Virus record (IMG/VR): IMGVR_UViG_3300047994_000374
Coordinates: 124,001-188,000 of that record
DNA: 64,000 nucleotides
Reading direction: 5' to 3' (one strand)
This document shows positions 50,929-61,000 of this stretch, piece by piece; the stretch's first letter is position 1; the number at the start of each line of letters is the position of its first letter. The notes beneath the pieces are model-generated. The model made no database searches and had not been told where the DNA came from. It saw nothing but the letters and a program-made list of their open reading frames with translations. The translations under genes were made by a program, and so were the position numbers.

Positions 50929-50960
50929 TTGATAGTTCACATCCGTTCTTTAAGCGTATT
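50843..50960 (+). ncRNA. Putative TnpB omega-RNA 3' scaffold/right end (ending TAGTTCAC at 50940) plus guide ATCCGTTCTTTAAGCGTATT
   Basis: Hairpins GGGCAG-GAA-TTGTCC and TCAA-AA-ACC-GCAA-GGT-AA-TTGA; TTCAC terminus typical of IS605 right ends; 5' boundary uncertain. Confidence 0.6.
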
Positions 50961-53900
50961 TTATAAAAGGACGGGAATTTGCAGGAGAAAGTGTTAGTAT
51001 GAGGCTGTTCAATATTTCTTTGAGCTTGGCGGAATTGGCAATCAAAGAGAATTCATCAAATATTGTTATTGTGAAATCGTTTGAATCATCACTGATTAGC
51101 GTTGCAAAATTCGTCACTAAAGATTTAGTCGAGTTGTCTTGCTGCAAATAAGTAGTGTATAAGTCTGATTCCACTGGAAAATTATTCTTTAAAATGCTCG
51201 TATAATTAACATCTAAATTCTCACCGAATACAGTATAAAGCGGACGATAAGCATTTGAAATACGAAGGTTGCTCAATAATGTATCAGCCCCTGACTGCTC
51301 TAAATAATCAGATCCTACATAAAGATAATTGATTGGATCACTAAAAAGAATAGTAGTCCCACTTAAGCCAGACCCACCTACCGTTGTTGATCCGAAGGTA
51401 TATGGATTTGAACCAAATAAAGCCCCTTGACCGAAAAGAAGGTTATTGTATTCGTATCCATCAAGGAATAAAGCCATCGTGCTATTTTTTGAATTAACCC
51501 GATATTGACATTTTACACGATGCCATGAGCCTGCATCCCAAACTGCCTGGGCTCTTAATGCATAATCCACATTGCTGGCTCGTATTTTGAAATTCATATA
51601 CCCAGCCGTATCTTTATAAATAGAAATGCGATCCCCTTGAACGCCTTGGGGCAGATAATTAACAACTACTTGACTATTTTGACTTGGAAGCTGTCTGTTT
51701 AATCTGATGACTTGACCGTTTAGGTTATTGTCTCCAGTGGCAGTTGATTTATAAATAACGCTCATTGTCAAATTACTTCTTGGCAAGGTTATACTCAAAT
51801 AAATTGTCTTGCCATCACTGCCGATAACGGAATCTTGTCCATAATCTTTGCCAGAAAGATCGCCGACAATTTTAACACTAATAACTTGTAGGATGGCTTG
51901 AGATACCTTGACCGATCCGTTGCCTTGGCTTGTGGTATTTTCTTGAATGGCGTTTTCCGTATCAATGCTCAATGTTCCACCAGCAAAATAATCGATAGTT
52001 GGATCGCCCGCTTTCAAAGTGACGCTTAAAATTTGACTTGCAGGATTGCTAATTTTTACACTGACATTATTCGTGCTTATGGCTTCCTCAACAATGGCAG
52101 AAGAGGCATCAAAGTAATACCGCTCTTGTGGGTCATTAGCCGTATCGTAAAGAGGGCTCATCCAAAATTCAATGGTTCCTTCTTTTTTGGTATCTAAAAG
52201 TCCTTCATTTGACAATACGATAGGCTTATCTAAAATAACAATGGACTGTGGAAAATTATCATTGACTGCCCAAGAACTTTGAAGTAAAGCTGTTTGCGAG
52301 TTACCGTTTGTATAAAAGTTAGCTATATTTGTAAAAGGAAATTCGTCGAAATTTATGAAAACCAGCGTATTCATATCTGGGTTCCATGGCTTTAAAGAGT
52401 TAAAATCTTTGGTGATGGAACGTTGGTTATTGGGTACAGACATTCCAATTCGAGTATCTTCTAGCATGATTGAATAAATGACCGTTTGATCAAGAACTGA
52501 ATTTGCCTGATGATGCCCAAACATATCTGAACCCAAATAAATATATTCAGCGCTAAATGGCTTGAACTTAATACTGGCATAAGTTTCATATTCCAATTTA
52601 TAAAAACCATCTCTCAAAAGATATGGCGTACCTGGCATATTTTTTAATTCAAATGTAAAGAACCCGTTTTGCAATCCAGAGCGGTAAGCATTGACATCTA
52701 AAATTTGATAAGTGCCAGCGGTAAATGAAGCGACTGTTCCACCGCCAACTGGACTGACAGTTAATGAGTGCCTGTCCGTAGATACTGCCGAAATAACATA
52801 ATATCCTGCCGCTTGTGCTGGAGAGCTAATCATCAAATAATTTCCGACATCGCCCATTGAAAATAAATTATATCCATCTGAAACGGTCGAGCCCGAACCT
52901 GATAATGTATAGCCTCCACCAATGTGATATGAGAAACGAACAATAGGAACATAGCCGTCAGAAAATTCAGCATAAGTTAATGGATATTTTTCTTCTACTA
53001 TAACAGCTCCAGCATTCTTGGATGAATTAATTGGTTTTACAACTACCTGAATATAACTGATAGCCTGATAAGCATGAACAAAATTCAATGTACCATAATC
53101 AGAGAATGATATGGTTTCAGTGATTGGTGAATTCGATGATGTTCCATGAATAATTACTTGAGCCGGTGTTGTAAAATCGATATTAGTTCCAGACAATGTT
53201 GCAGACAGCGTTCGCCCTAAAATATTATTAGTTGGCGGCGAGAATGGTAAATTATTTGAAGTAAAAATACCGCCTGACAATGTTGAGTTCGCTGGTCCAA
53301 TCGCAATATTTGGAACGATAATTTTTGTGATTGTCGCTTGGTCTAATGAGATGGGTGGCGGCAACTGGGTCATGAGCACATTCTCATAGCCATCACTCCA
53401 TACATAATAATTTTGTTTAACTGTCCTACTATTTATTCCGAAGGTGCGAATAAGAATTAAATCATTTTTGAAAACATCATTGAATACGGTAAGTACATTA
53501 TTGAAATTACTATCTTGTGATATAGAATAGTCTGGACGAAGTGCATTAACCCCAGGCAACTCATTCTCTGTATTGGAATAAATTTGATAAGTTGCGTTTG
53601 TTAAATTGATTGTAGCTTCATCTGTTATTGTTAATGAATGCCCTGAAACCTGAAGGATCGTATAGGTTAAATTAAATGCGCCGTTATCAATTCTTAATAA
53701 ATAACCTGGAAGAACATTTGCAGTCGTAAAGTTTGTTGAAGTAGAAGATACGGTTGGTGAATTAATGGTTACTTGTAAGTCGGCTCCCGTGATAAATGTA
53801 TGAATGGTTGAAATCGCAACGCTTGGAGCTACATTGATATCTGATGTAATAAAATAGTTTGTTTGATTCACTGAAAATCGCGCATTTGTCAATGTGGTTG

Positions 53901-56900
53901 GCATTGCCGTATTCAAAGTAAGCGTTTGCCCATTAATGTTTGTAATGGTGTATCCTGCAGTATTAAATCCGATCTCGTTAATAAATATCGTATTGCCGAT
54001 CGATATGTTATAGGCAGAAAAATTAATAGATGAAGTTACAACGGGAGATCCTATTGCCGTAACTAAATCGTCTGAACCAATAATGTCTGATGAGGCTAAT
54101 CCAACAACTTCTTCCGGATCAATGGTTCTGTATTTCTCATGCAGATATGGATTAAGTTTTTGTCCATATCTAATGATATTTGGAACTTCAAATCCATCAA
54201 TAAATAAGTGCATCTCATCACGGTTGTTTCTGGAATTTAATTTCCATGAGGCTGCAACCATATGTGGTTCATTCATTTTCCATGAAGATATATCTGATGA
54301 TAATGAGTACGCAACGCCATTTTTATCAAAAACTCTAAAATTCATATAACCGGAAACATCTTTAAAAATAGAAAGGCGTGAGTTATTTTTCGCTGTTCCA
54401 AAATCCAAAATAAAATGCTCTATATCTGAAACAAAACTAAATCCTTCATCAATAGGAAATCCACCTGTAATTGTAACGGTCGCTGAATTGGTTCCAGTAG
54501 TAGTTGTAAGATTGGAGGGCTTTGGAAGTGTTAAAGATTGAAGGTCATAAAACTTTCCATTTGAACTAATTTTAACTGTATAGGTATTATTATTAGCAAA
54601 TACATAGCCGTCAATGATTTCTACATACCAGCGAAGATAATTGCCAGAAGCATCATTATCATAATAAATGAATACGCCATCTTTATTTGTATTTGGATAA
54701 CCAGATACATTATCATTCTTATTGAGTGAAAAATTGCCAGCAGATATTATTGGGTGATATTCTGATGCTCCAATGAATACTCGTGACGGGGCAATGGGCA
54801 AATTATTAACTGTGATTTGAAATGTCAATTCTGCATCATTATCCAAACCATTCCATTGTGGAAGTATCCATTGTTCAAATGATCCTTCTTCTAATCGTAA
54901 GTTTGAATTAGCAGGAATTTTTATAGTTTGATTGCTATTAATTAGAGCGCCGTTGCCATACTTTGCAGGAACCAATTGAAACGAGCCAGTTGTGATTGGT
55001 GGTTCAGGAAATAGAATAGACGATCCTAATGACCAAGAATTAAATGCAGATTCAACAATGGCTGGTTCAATGTGAGAAATAATTTGTCCAATATTTTTCA
55101 TTGCCGCAATCGTTGGACCCTGAATGAATGAAGATAGGGCTGCCATTAATGCATCACGATATCTTTCACGATCAAGCTCCAAATCAAAAGTAGCAAGTAA
55201 AGGAACATTAACAAGCGTTCCGAAATTTTTTAATAAGGCATCACGGAGAGCACCAACTTTATAAGAAACATAATATTGCGTTCCTTGTGGTAAATTTTTA
55301 TTTTGACGAAAATCTAATGCATTGTCACCATATTCATAAGAAACAAGAATTTCATCGGCAACATAACTGTAATCAATAAAGAAATCACCTTTATTGTAAT
55401 CAACAACTACCCTAGCTAATGAATTGATTGTGAATGAATAATTGACATTAACTAAATCTCCAATAGCAGGAGATCCAGTTCCAGGCAATACTAATTTAAT
55501 TGGATTTCCTGGAACAACAGATCCAGAACTACTATTCCATAATTGCTGCCCATCAGACACTCGAACAACACTAAATGTGTATGTAATTGTTGAAGATAAA
55601 AATGGAATATTTTCATTTAAATTAACATAAAAATGCGTTCCATCATATTGAACGTTTTCAAAAGCCTGTTTATTAATAGGCTGAACTGTAATCACATTGC
55701 CAGAGAACGTAGAAGATTGGGCAAAATTAGTTGGAGAAGTGTTATTCGATAAATCATTAAAATCAAAAATAGATCGAACGAATTTGATTTGATTTGTGAC
55801 ACCGTCTACGAAAGTTGAACCAACAAACGCTCCAATTTCATTATTGAATATTTGATATGGTGCAGAAACGGTATCATTCAAAAATGCTTCATCAGAGACA
55901 TCTAAATTATCTGGAACAATACTTGTATCCCCAAATGATACATAAGTAAATTGTTTATTTTTTGGATTAAGTGGTGAAATGCGATAATAAATATCATTAA
56001 CACTTATGATATGTGAATTATCCGGCACGATACTATTTTTCTTATAAGATGCCGAGCCAATATTGAAATCTTGATCGTTCGCTACTGCAACATAAACAAT
56101 ACCATTTCCATAATCAACCATATATTGTCCAACAGCTGTTAATCGCTGTAGATTGGTTGTCACATTAAACTCAATATTGTACCATTTTTCAGAAACGAAA
56201 ACTGCTGTATTATTAAATGTAAGGGTCGTATTAAAAGAAGATCCGATCGCATCTTGTGTGCCAGCAATAATATTATTATCTGCCAAAAATATGGTGAAAA
56301 TTTTAATACCATTATTAACCGTATTATTAACTGTTAAAAGCTCATTGGAGACATCTAAAAATGAAGAATTCTCACCTATGTTTGAAAGTATTCTTGGGGC
56401 ACTATTGTATCTAAAATAAACGCGGTTGTCTTCCCAACGATCAACATTATAAATTTCACCAGACGTTTCGTTATATACTTGAAAAACATCAGTAATGGGT
56501 GAGTTTTCAGTAGTCAAAACATTGATTGCATTTAAACGATTGGCAACTCTTTCATTTAACGATTCTTCATGAACTTCTGCAATATAATCAGTACCAGGAA
56601 CTAAAATTTGTTCGTAATTAAAAGTAACCGTTCCTGGAAAATTAATTAAAGAACCGTTTGGTAATGAAACTACATCTAAACTATCAGGATCAAGAACATA
56701 ATCGATTTCTGAACTGTAATCAAATTTGTAGTAGTAAGTTGCTAATGGTGGAGATGGTCCTGTTCCGTCATTAAGTCCGCTTGAACCATATACATAAACA
56801 GTTCCATTTGGATAATCAATTGAATATTGTCCAATCATAAATGGAAGTGATGATAAGCTGAATGGAATTTCAGTTGTAAACGCTGGGTGAGGCGTACCAA

Positions 56901-58056
56901 GAGTAGAATTAGGATCTGTGAAAACAACATCCCCTATTTCGCCAGGATTATTCGAAGCATCTGTGATAGGGGCGTTCTTTAAATTAAATACATTAATGAT
57001 TGGAGGTAATACTTCACGAATAGATTGTAGCGTTGTAAAAACATCAAGTGAGGCATCGTCAATCTGACGCCCTAAACTTTTATATTCGTATTGTATTGTG
57101 ATATTAAAAATTTGATCGATGGCAAAGTTTGGATCCTCTAAAACTTTTTCACTTAATTTAACTTGATTGTCTTCAAGCAGTAGGTAAGATGATGCAAAAT
57201 CCTGATCATATCTTGAACTTTCTAATTGATAGCCGAGAGTTGGGATATCATAAGTATAGTTTGGATAAGATGTAAGTAAAGTAAAAGTAATGCTATCTAC
57301 CTTACTTATTGGGTTGTTTTGCAAATTAAAAGTGAGCGTATTGATGTTAAAAGTTCCAACTTGATCTTCTGATGATGGTAAAATTAAATCAGTTGTGATT
57401 TGGCGCTGTAAAGTAATTGGATATGAAGGGAAATCATCAAACACCATATTCATAGTTGCATTTGATGCAGTTGGACCTAGGCCGACCCGCATTACTTCGT
57501 AGGCACTCTCTTCATTTAAACGATCAAATGGTCCGGGTCCTCGATATTTCTGTTCGTCAATGATTGTGTAAGATAAGTAATTTTCATTTTTAGCTTGACG
57601 AATATCATAAAGCGCGCGTGACATATTAATCGAAAGTGATTGAATATAACTTGCGAGGACTGGACTTGCTAAATCATAAATATTATTCTGAAAATATGCG
57701 GACAGGTAATTGGCAACTGGATTATCAGATGACATTGGTCCAGTGATTAATGTTTTATTTGATATGCCATCATTACCGATTTGCGCATCTGCATTGATAG
57801 AGATAAATGGATTAGCTGCGGTCGATTGAAATTGAAGAAAATACGCAGCCAATGTAGTAAGTGGCTGGCATGTAATAGTTAGTGTAGCTCCTACAACACT
57901 CACTTGAAGAACTTCTGAATCAGGAGCGTTTGGCGTTTGAGATAAAATAGAAACGTTTGCCGGCACTAATTCTGGAGTCAAATTCGAAGTGAAAGTGACT
58001 GCGATTTCAGTGGAACTATTGATAACAACATTGAGTATTCTAAGGTTTTGTGCCAT
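50950..58056 (-). CDS. Very large baseplate/wedge-type structural protein with LamG-like domains
   Basis: 2368 aa; RERYRDAL...FIQGPT..AM baseplate-wedge-like segment; EG(S/T).E.W..P, HMVAASW, LFIDG/LFLDG LamG motifs; coupled to baseplate J. Confidence 0.65.
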   Translation of the reverse strand: MAQNLRILNVVINSSTEIAVTFTSNLTPELVPANVSILSQTPNAPDSEVLQVSVVGATLTITCQPLTTLAAYFLQFQSTAANPFISINADAQIGNDGISNKTLITGPMSSDNPVANYLSAYFQNNIYDLASPVLASYIQSLSINMSRALYDIRQAKNENYLSYTIIDEQKYRGPGPFDRLNEESAYEVMRVGLGPTASNATMNMVFDDFPSYPITLQRQITTDLILPSSEDQVGTFNINTLTFNLQNNPISKVDSITFTLLTSYPNYTYDIPTLGYQLESSRYDQDFASSYLLLEDNQVKLSEKVLEDPNFAIDQIFNITIQYEYKSLGRQIDDASLDVFTTLQSIREVLPPIINVFNLKNAPITDASNNPGEIGDVVFTDPNSTLGTPHPAFTTEIPFSLSSLPFMIGQYSIDYPNGTVYVYGSSGLNDGTGPSPPLATYYYKFDYSSEIDYVLDPDSLDVVSLPNGSLINFPGTVTFNYEQILVPGTDYIAEVHEESLNERVANRLNAINVLTTENSPITDVFQVYNETSGEIYNVDRWEDNRVYFRYNSAPRILSNIGENSSFLDVSNELLTVNNTVNNGIKIFTIFLADNNIIAGTQDAIGSSFNTTLTFNNTAVFVSEKWYNIEFNVTTNLQRLTAVGQYMVDYGNGIVYVAVANDQDFNIGSASYKKNSIVPDNSHIISVNDIYYRISPLNPKNKQFTYVSFGDTSIVPDNLDVSDEAFLNDTVSAPYQIFNNEIGAFVGSTFVDGVTNQIKFVRSIFDFNDLSNNTSPTNFAQSSTFSGNVITVQPINKQAFENVQYDGTHFYVNLNENIPFLSSTITYTFSVVRVSDGQQLWNSSSGSVVPGNPIKLVLPGTGSPAIGDLVNVNYSFTINSLARVVVDYNKGDFFIDYSYVADEILVSYEYGDNALDFRQNKNLPQGTQYYVSYKVGALRDALLKNFGTLVNVPLLATFDLELDRERYRDALMAALSSFIQGPTIAAMKNIGQIISHIEPAIVESAFNSWSLGSSILFPEPPITTGSFQLVPAKYGNGALINSNQTIKIPANSNLRLEEGSFEQWILPQWNGLDNDAELTFQITVNNLPIAPSRVFIGASEYHPIISAGNFSLNKNDNVSGYPNTNKDGVFIYYDNDASGNYLRWYVEIIDGYVFANNNTYTVKISSNGKFYDLQSLTLPKPSNLTTTTGTNSATVTITGGFPIDEGFSFVSDIEHFILDFGTAKNNSRLSIFKDVSGYMNFRVFDKNGVAYSLSSDISSWKMNEPHMVAASWKLNSRNNRDEMHLFIDGFEVPNIIRYGQKLNPYLHEKYRTIDPEEVVGLASSDIIGSDDLVTAIGSPVVTSSINFSAYNISIGNTIFINEIGFNTAGYTITNINGQTLTLNTAMPTTLTNARFSVNQTNYFITSDINVAPSVAISTIHTFITGADLQVTINSPTVSSTSTNFTTANVLPGYLLRIDNGAFNLTYTILQVSGHSLTITDEATINLTNATYQIYSNTENELPGVNALRPDYSISQDSNFNNVLTVFNDVFKNDLILIRTFGINSRTVKQNYYVWSDGYENVLMTQLPPPISLDQATITKIIVPNIAIGPANSTLSGGIFTSNNLPFSPPTNNILGRTLSATLSGTNIDFTTPAQVIIHGTSSNSPITETISFSDYGTLNFVHAYQAISYIQVVVKPINSSKNAGAVIVEEKYPLTYAEFSDGYVPIVRFSYHIGGGYTLSGSGSTVSDGYNLFSMGDVGNYLMISSPAQAAGYYVISAVSTDRHSLTVSPVGGGTVASFTAGTYQILDVNAYRSGLQNGFFTFELKNMPGTPYLLRDGFYKLEYETYASIKFKPFSAEYIYLGSDMFGHHQANSVLDQTVIYSIMLEDTRIGMSVPNNQRSITKDFNSLKPWNPDMNTLVFINFDEFPFTNIANFYTNGNSQTALLQSSWAVNDNFPQSIVILDKPIVLSNEGLLDTKKEGTIEFWMSPLYDTANDPQERYYFDASSAIVEEAISTNNVSVKISNPASQILSVTLKAGDPTIDYFAGGTLSIDTENAIQENTTSQGNGSVKVSQAILQVISVKIVGDLSGKDYGQDSVIGSDGKTIYLSITLPRSNLTMSVIYKSTATGDNNLNGQVIRLNRQLPSQNSQVVVNYLPQGVQGDRISIYKDTAGYMNFKIRASNVDYALRAQAVWDAGSWHRVKCQYRVNSKNSTMALFLDGYEYNNLLFGQGALFGSNPYTFGSTTVGGSGLSGTTILFSDPINYLYVGSDYLEQSGADTLLSNLRISNAYRPLYTVFGENLDVNYTSILKNNFPVESDLYTTYLQQDNSTKSLVTNFATLISDDSNDFTITIFDEFSLIANSAKLKEILNSLILTLSPANSRPFIKYA

Positions 58057-61000
58057 TAACGAACTTCCGTATTGATAATAATATTGTTGGGCTCAAATCC
58101 CTGATCTCCGTTGGCATTGAAAGTTAATATTTGTCCTTTCAATCCAGTTTGATTAAAATATAAAATGCGGGCTCTTGAAATACCAGTTACGGCTTGCGCT
58201 ACATTGATAAGCGTCACCTGATCGATTGTCTCTCCCAAAGTGGTGCTCGTTAACGCTGTCACCAATTGATTTCTCAAATTTTGAAGAACTGTCGTAGTTG
58301 AATTTAGATAGTTAGCAGCAATAACTACATTTATTGTAAGATCAAGTTGAGCTAATTTGTCGCCGCGCACGAGAACATCTGCATTTATAGGTCGTGAATT
58401 TTCTACCGAGAAAGTTACATCTGAAATAAGCTTATTGTAGTTATATTGGATTACAATTCTTTCATTTTGCTTTGGTGCCAAATAATCATAAAATGCTGTA
58501 TAGCGGGCACCGAGGTTTGGTTTAGTAAATGATGTGGCTGTAAATTTCGTAGCTTGTGATGCACCGAAACCTGAACTAACATACATCTTATTAATCAATG
58601 CAAACTTTTTATTTGTATAAAGAGTCCCAATACGAGTAAATGATAAACTTTCCTGATCATTATCAGTCGTGTAATAAAATGTTATGCGAAGCTGATCTCC
58701 AATAGCTGGCAAATTATTGGTCGCCCCAGTTGAAGAATTATTTACAGTGTTTGGAAGTATAAAATCTAAACTTGATAGTGCTGGATTTGCCAACATATCT
58801 TCTGCATAATAAAGGTTGCTTGAGAGCGTTGTATTTTTTATATCATATGTAGCTAATGTCTCGAGGACGATATCACTGCCAATAGTATATGTATCTACTT
58901 TTTCAAGTTTAACAATTTTAGCTATCTTGATATTTGATGGAATTGATGCTGATGAATTTAAGTTCAGTGTTTTGCGTAGGGCTTCTTGTAAATTTTGGTA
59001 AAGCCCAGTTGCCGTTGCAGTAAAAACAATGTCTTGTGCTAATGTCATTGTAGTTCCGGCAATATTAATAACGCCAGTATTTACATTTTGATCTGCAATG
59101 GTTCCAATTATTCTTGTTGGTGCTTGACGAATGTTCTGAAAATTAAAGAACATAACAAAGACTTCATCGCCAACAGAAGCATTAGTACTTACAGGAATTA
59201 ATAGACGATTATTTACTAAATCAATTGTTCCAGAATAATTCCATAACTCTTGCCCATCTAACAGTCTAACAACGGCAATTTGATCTTTAATAAGATGTGA
59301 TGTCGTTAAAGTAATTGTAATTTCATTTGTTGAGGCGTTATAGCTTAAAATATCATATGTACCATTGTTATTTGGCGTAGATGCATTAATAATTTTCACG
59401 ACCTTGTTGGTGATATCTGGTAATGTAGAAAAATTAACTGTCGGGCTTGTAACTTGCGCTTGCCCTGAACCATTAAACGATAAGTATCCATCCGAAACAA
59501 CAAAGTAATATCCATCTGAATTTGCATCAATAACATTAAATGACAGTCCGCTTACCTGTGCCGTGAAACTTGAAATTGGAACAGTAAAACTATTCGTCGC
59601 CACATCTAAACTTAGCTGATTAACGGATGTCTTGATAACTTCATTGTTAAAGCTAAATGGTTGAAATCTGCGAACATCAAGGGCATAGTATAAAATCAGA
59701 ACACGATCATTAGTAACTGGAGCATTGAATCCTGTTAAAATGAGTTGGTAGTTTCCATCTGTGCCATTGACAATCTGACCGCCATTATTTTCGTTCCATA
59801 ATTCTTTACCATCTGATAAACGAATAATTGAAATGACTTGCCCTTGAAGCAAAGAATAATCTGTCGTATTTATACTTAATTCAACAAAGTATTGGTTGCT
59901 TAAATTCTTTTGAACAATTTGATTTTCACGACGAGATACATTGACAATTGAAAAATTATTAAAACCATTATTGTTTAATGTGTTATATCCATTTCCACAT
60001 CGGCTTGCTGGTAAAGATGTAACCGCCGATGAGTAAAGATCAGAAACATTTGCAATATAAGTGACTTTCAAAACAATGCTATCGCCTGTCGTATTGATCA
60101 ACGAAGATGGTATCGTGATTTGAGTTCCTGAAGAGCTTCCTTGTGCAGTTGAAGATTGATAAACATTGGTTGAATTCAAATATACTGAAACGACATCATT
60201 GACAGAAGCTACTGCATCGCTTGGAAGAATGATTGTCGTAGTATAAAGTAAATTTGTGCCAACTACAATTGGTATGCTCGTAAAGCTGCCGTTTGATTGT
60301 GCAGTATCATAAAGTTCAACATTTGAATTGGTTAAAACAACGCTATCAACCGTATTTGTTGCAATTGCCAAAAAGCTCGTAACAACGGACAATCTTCCGG
60401 TAAAAATTCCAGATTGAACTTGCTGAATATAACCATCAATCTTTAAATAATTATCAGTTGATATTACTGTGTCTATTGGATGGCTTGTATTTCCAATAAA
60501 ATAATTATTGCCAGTAACTGCTGTAAATTCAATTAATTCATTCCGAACGGCAGAGGCATATCCCCAATCAATGCTGTCCGTTGAGGGACGTGGATTTTCA
60601 GTGCTTTTAAGCCCATCAAAGTCAGAGTATGGATCAAATCCGATTATCCAAGTATAATCAACTTGTAATACATCACTTGGGGAAGGAAGCGTGTTGCCTG
60701 AAATCTGAATACGTCCAGTTAAATTGTAGGTTGGTGTGTTGTCGTAATTTTGGTTGGTAACAACATAGCGTTCGCCCGTATTGGTGTTAAAAACTCGAGT
60801 TACACTGGCAGCTGGAGTATGAATAAGTTGAATGATAGAACGATCGGTTGTGACTGCACTATTTTCATTAGTAATATTTAAATTTTGTGTTGCAGATGTA
60901 ATTTCTGTAACATCGGTAAAGGTAGTTGCATCTTGTCCGTTATTTTGACCCTTGACAATATCTTCTTGGAAGTCAATTGCATTTGAAGTCCAAGCAAAGG

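Noticed and set aside
50941-50960. Second target for the TnpB guide within the window
   Set aside because: Only short partial matches of about 8 nt were noticed (near 13000 and 32740), consistent with chance.
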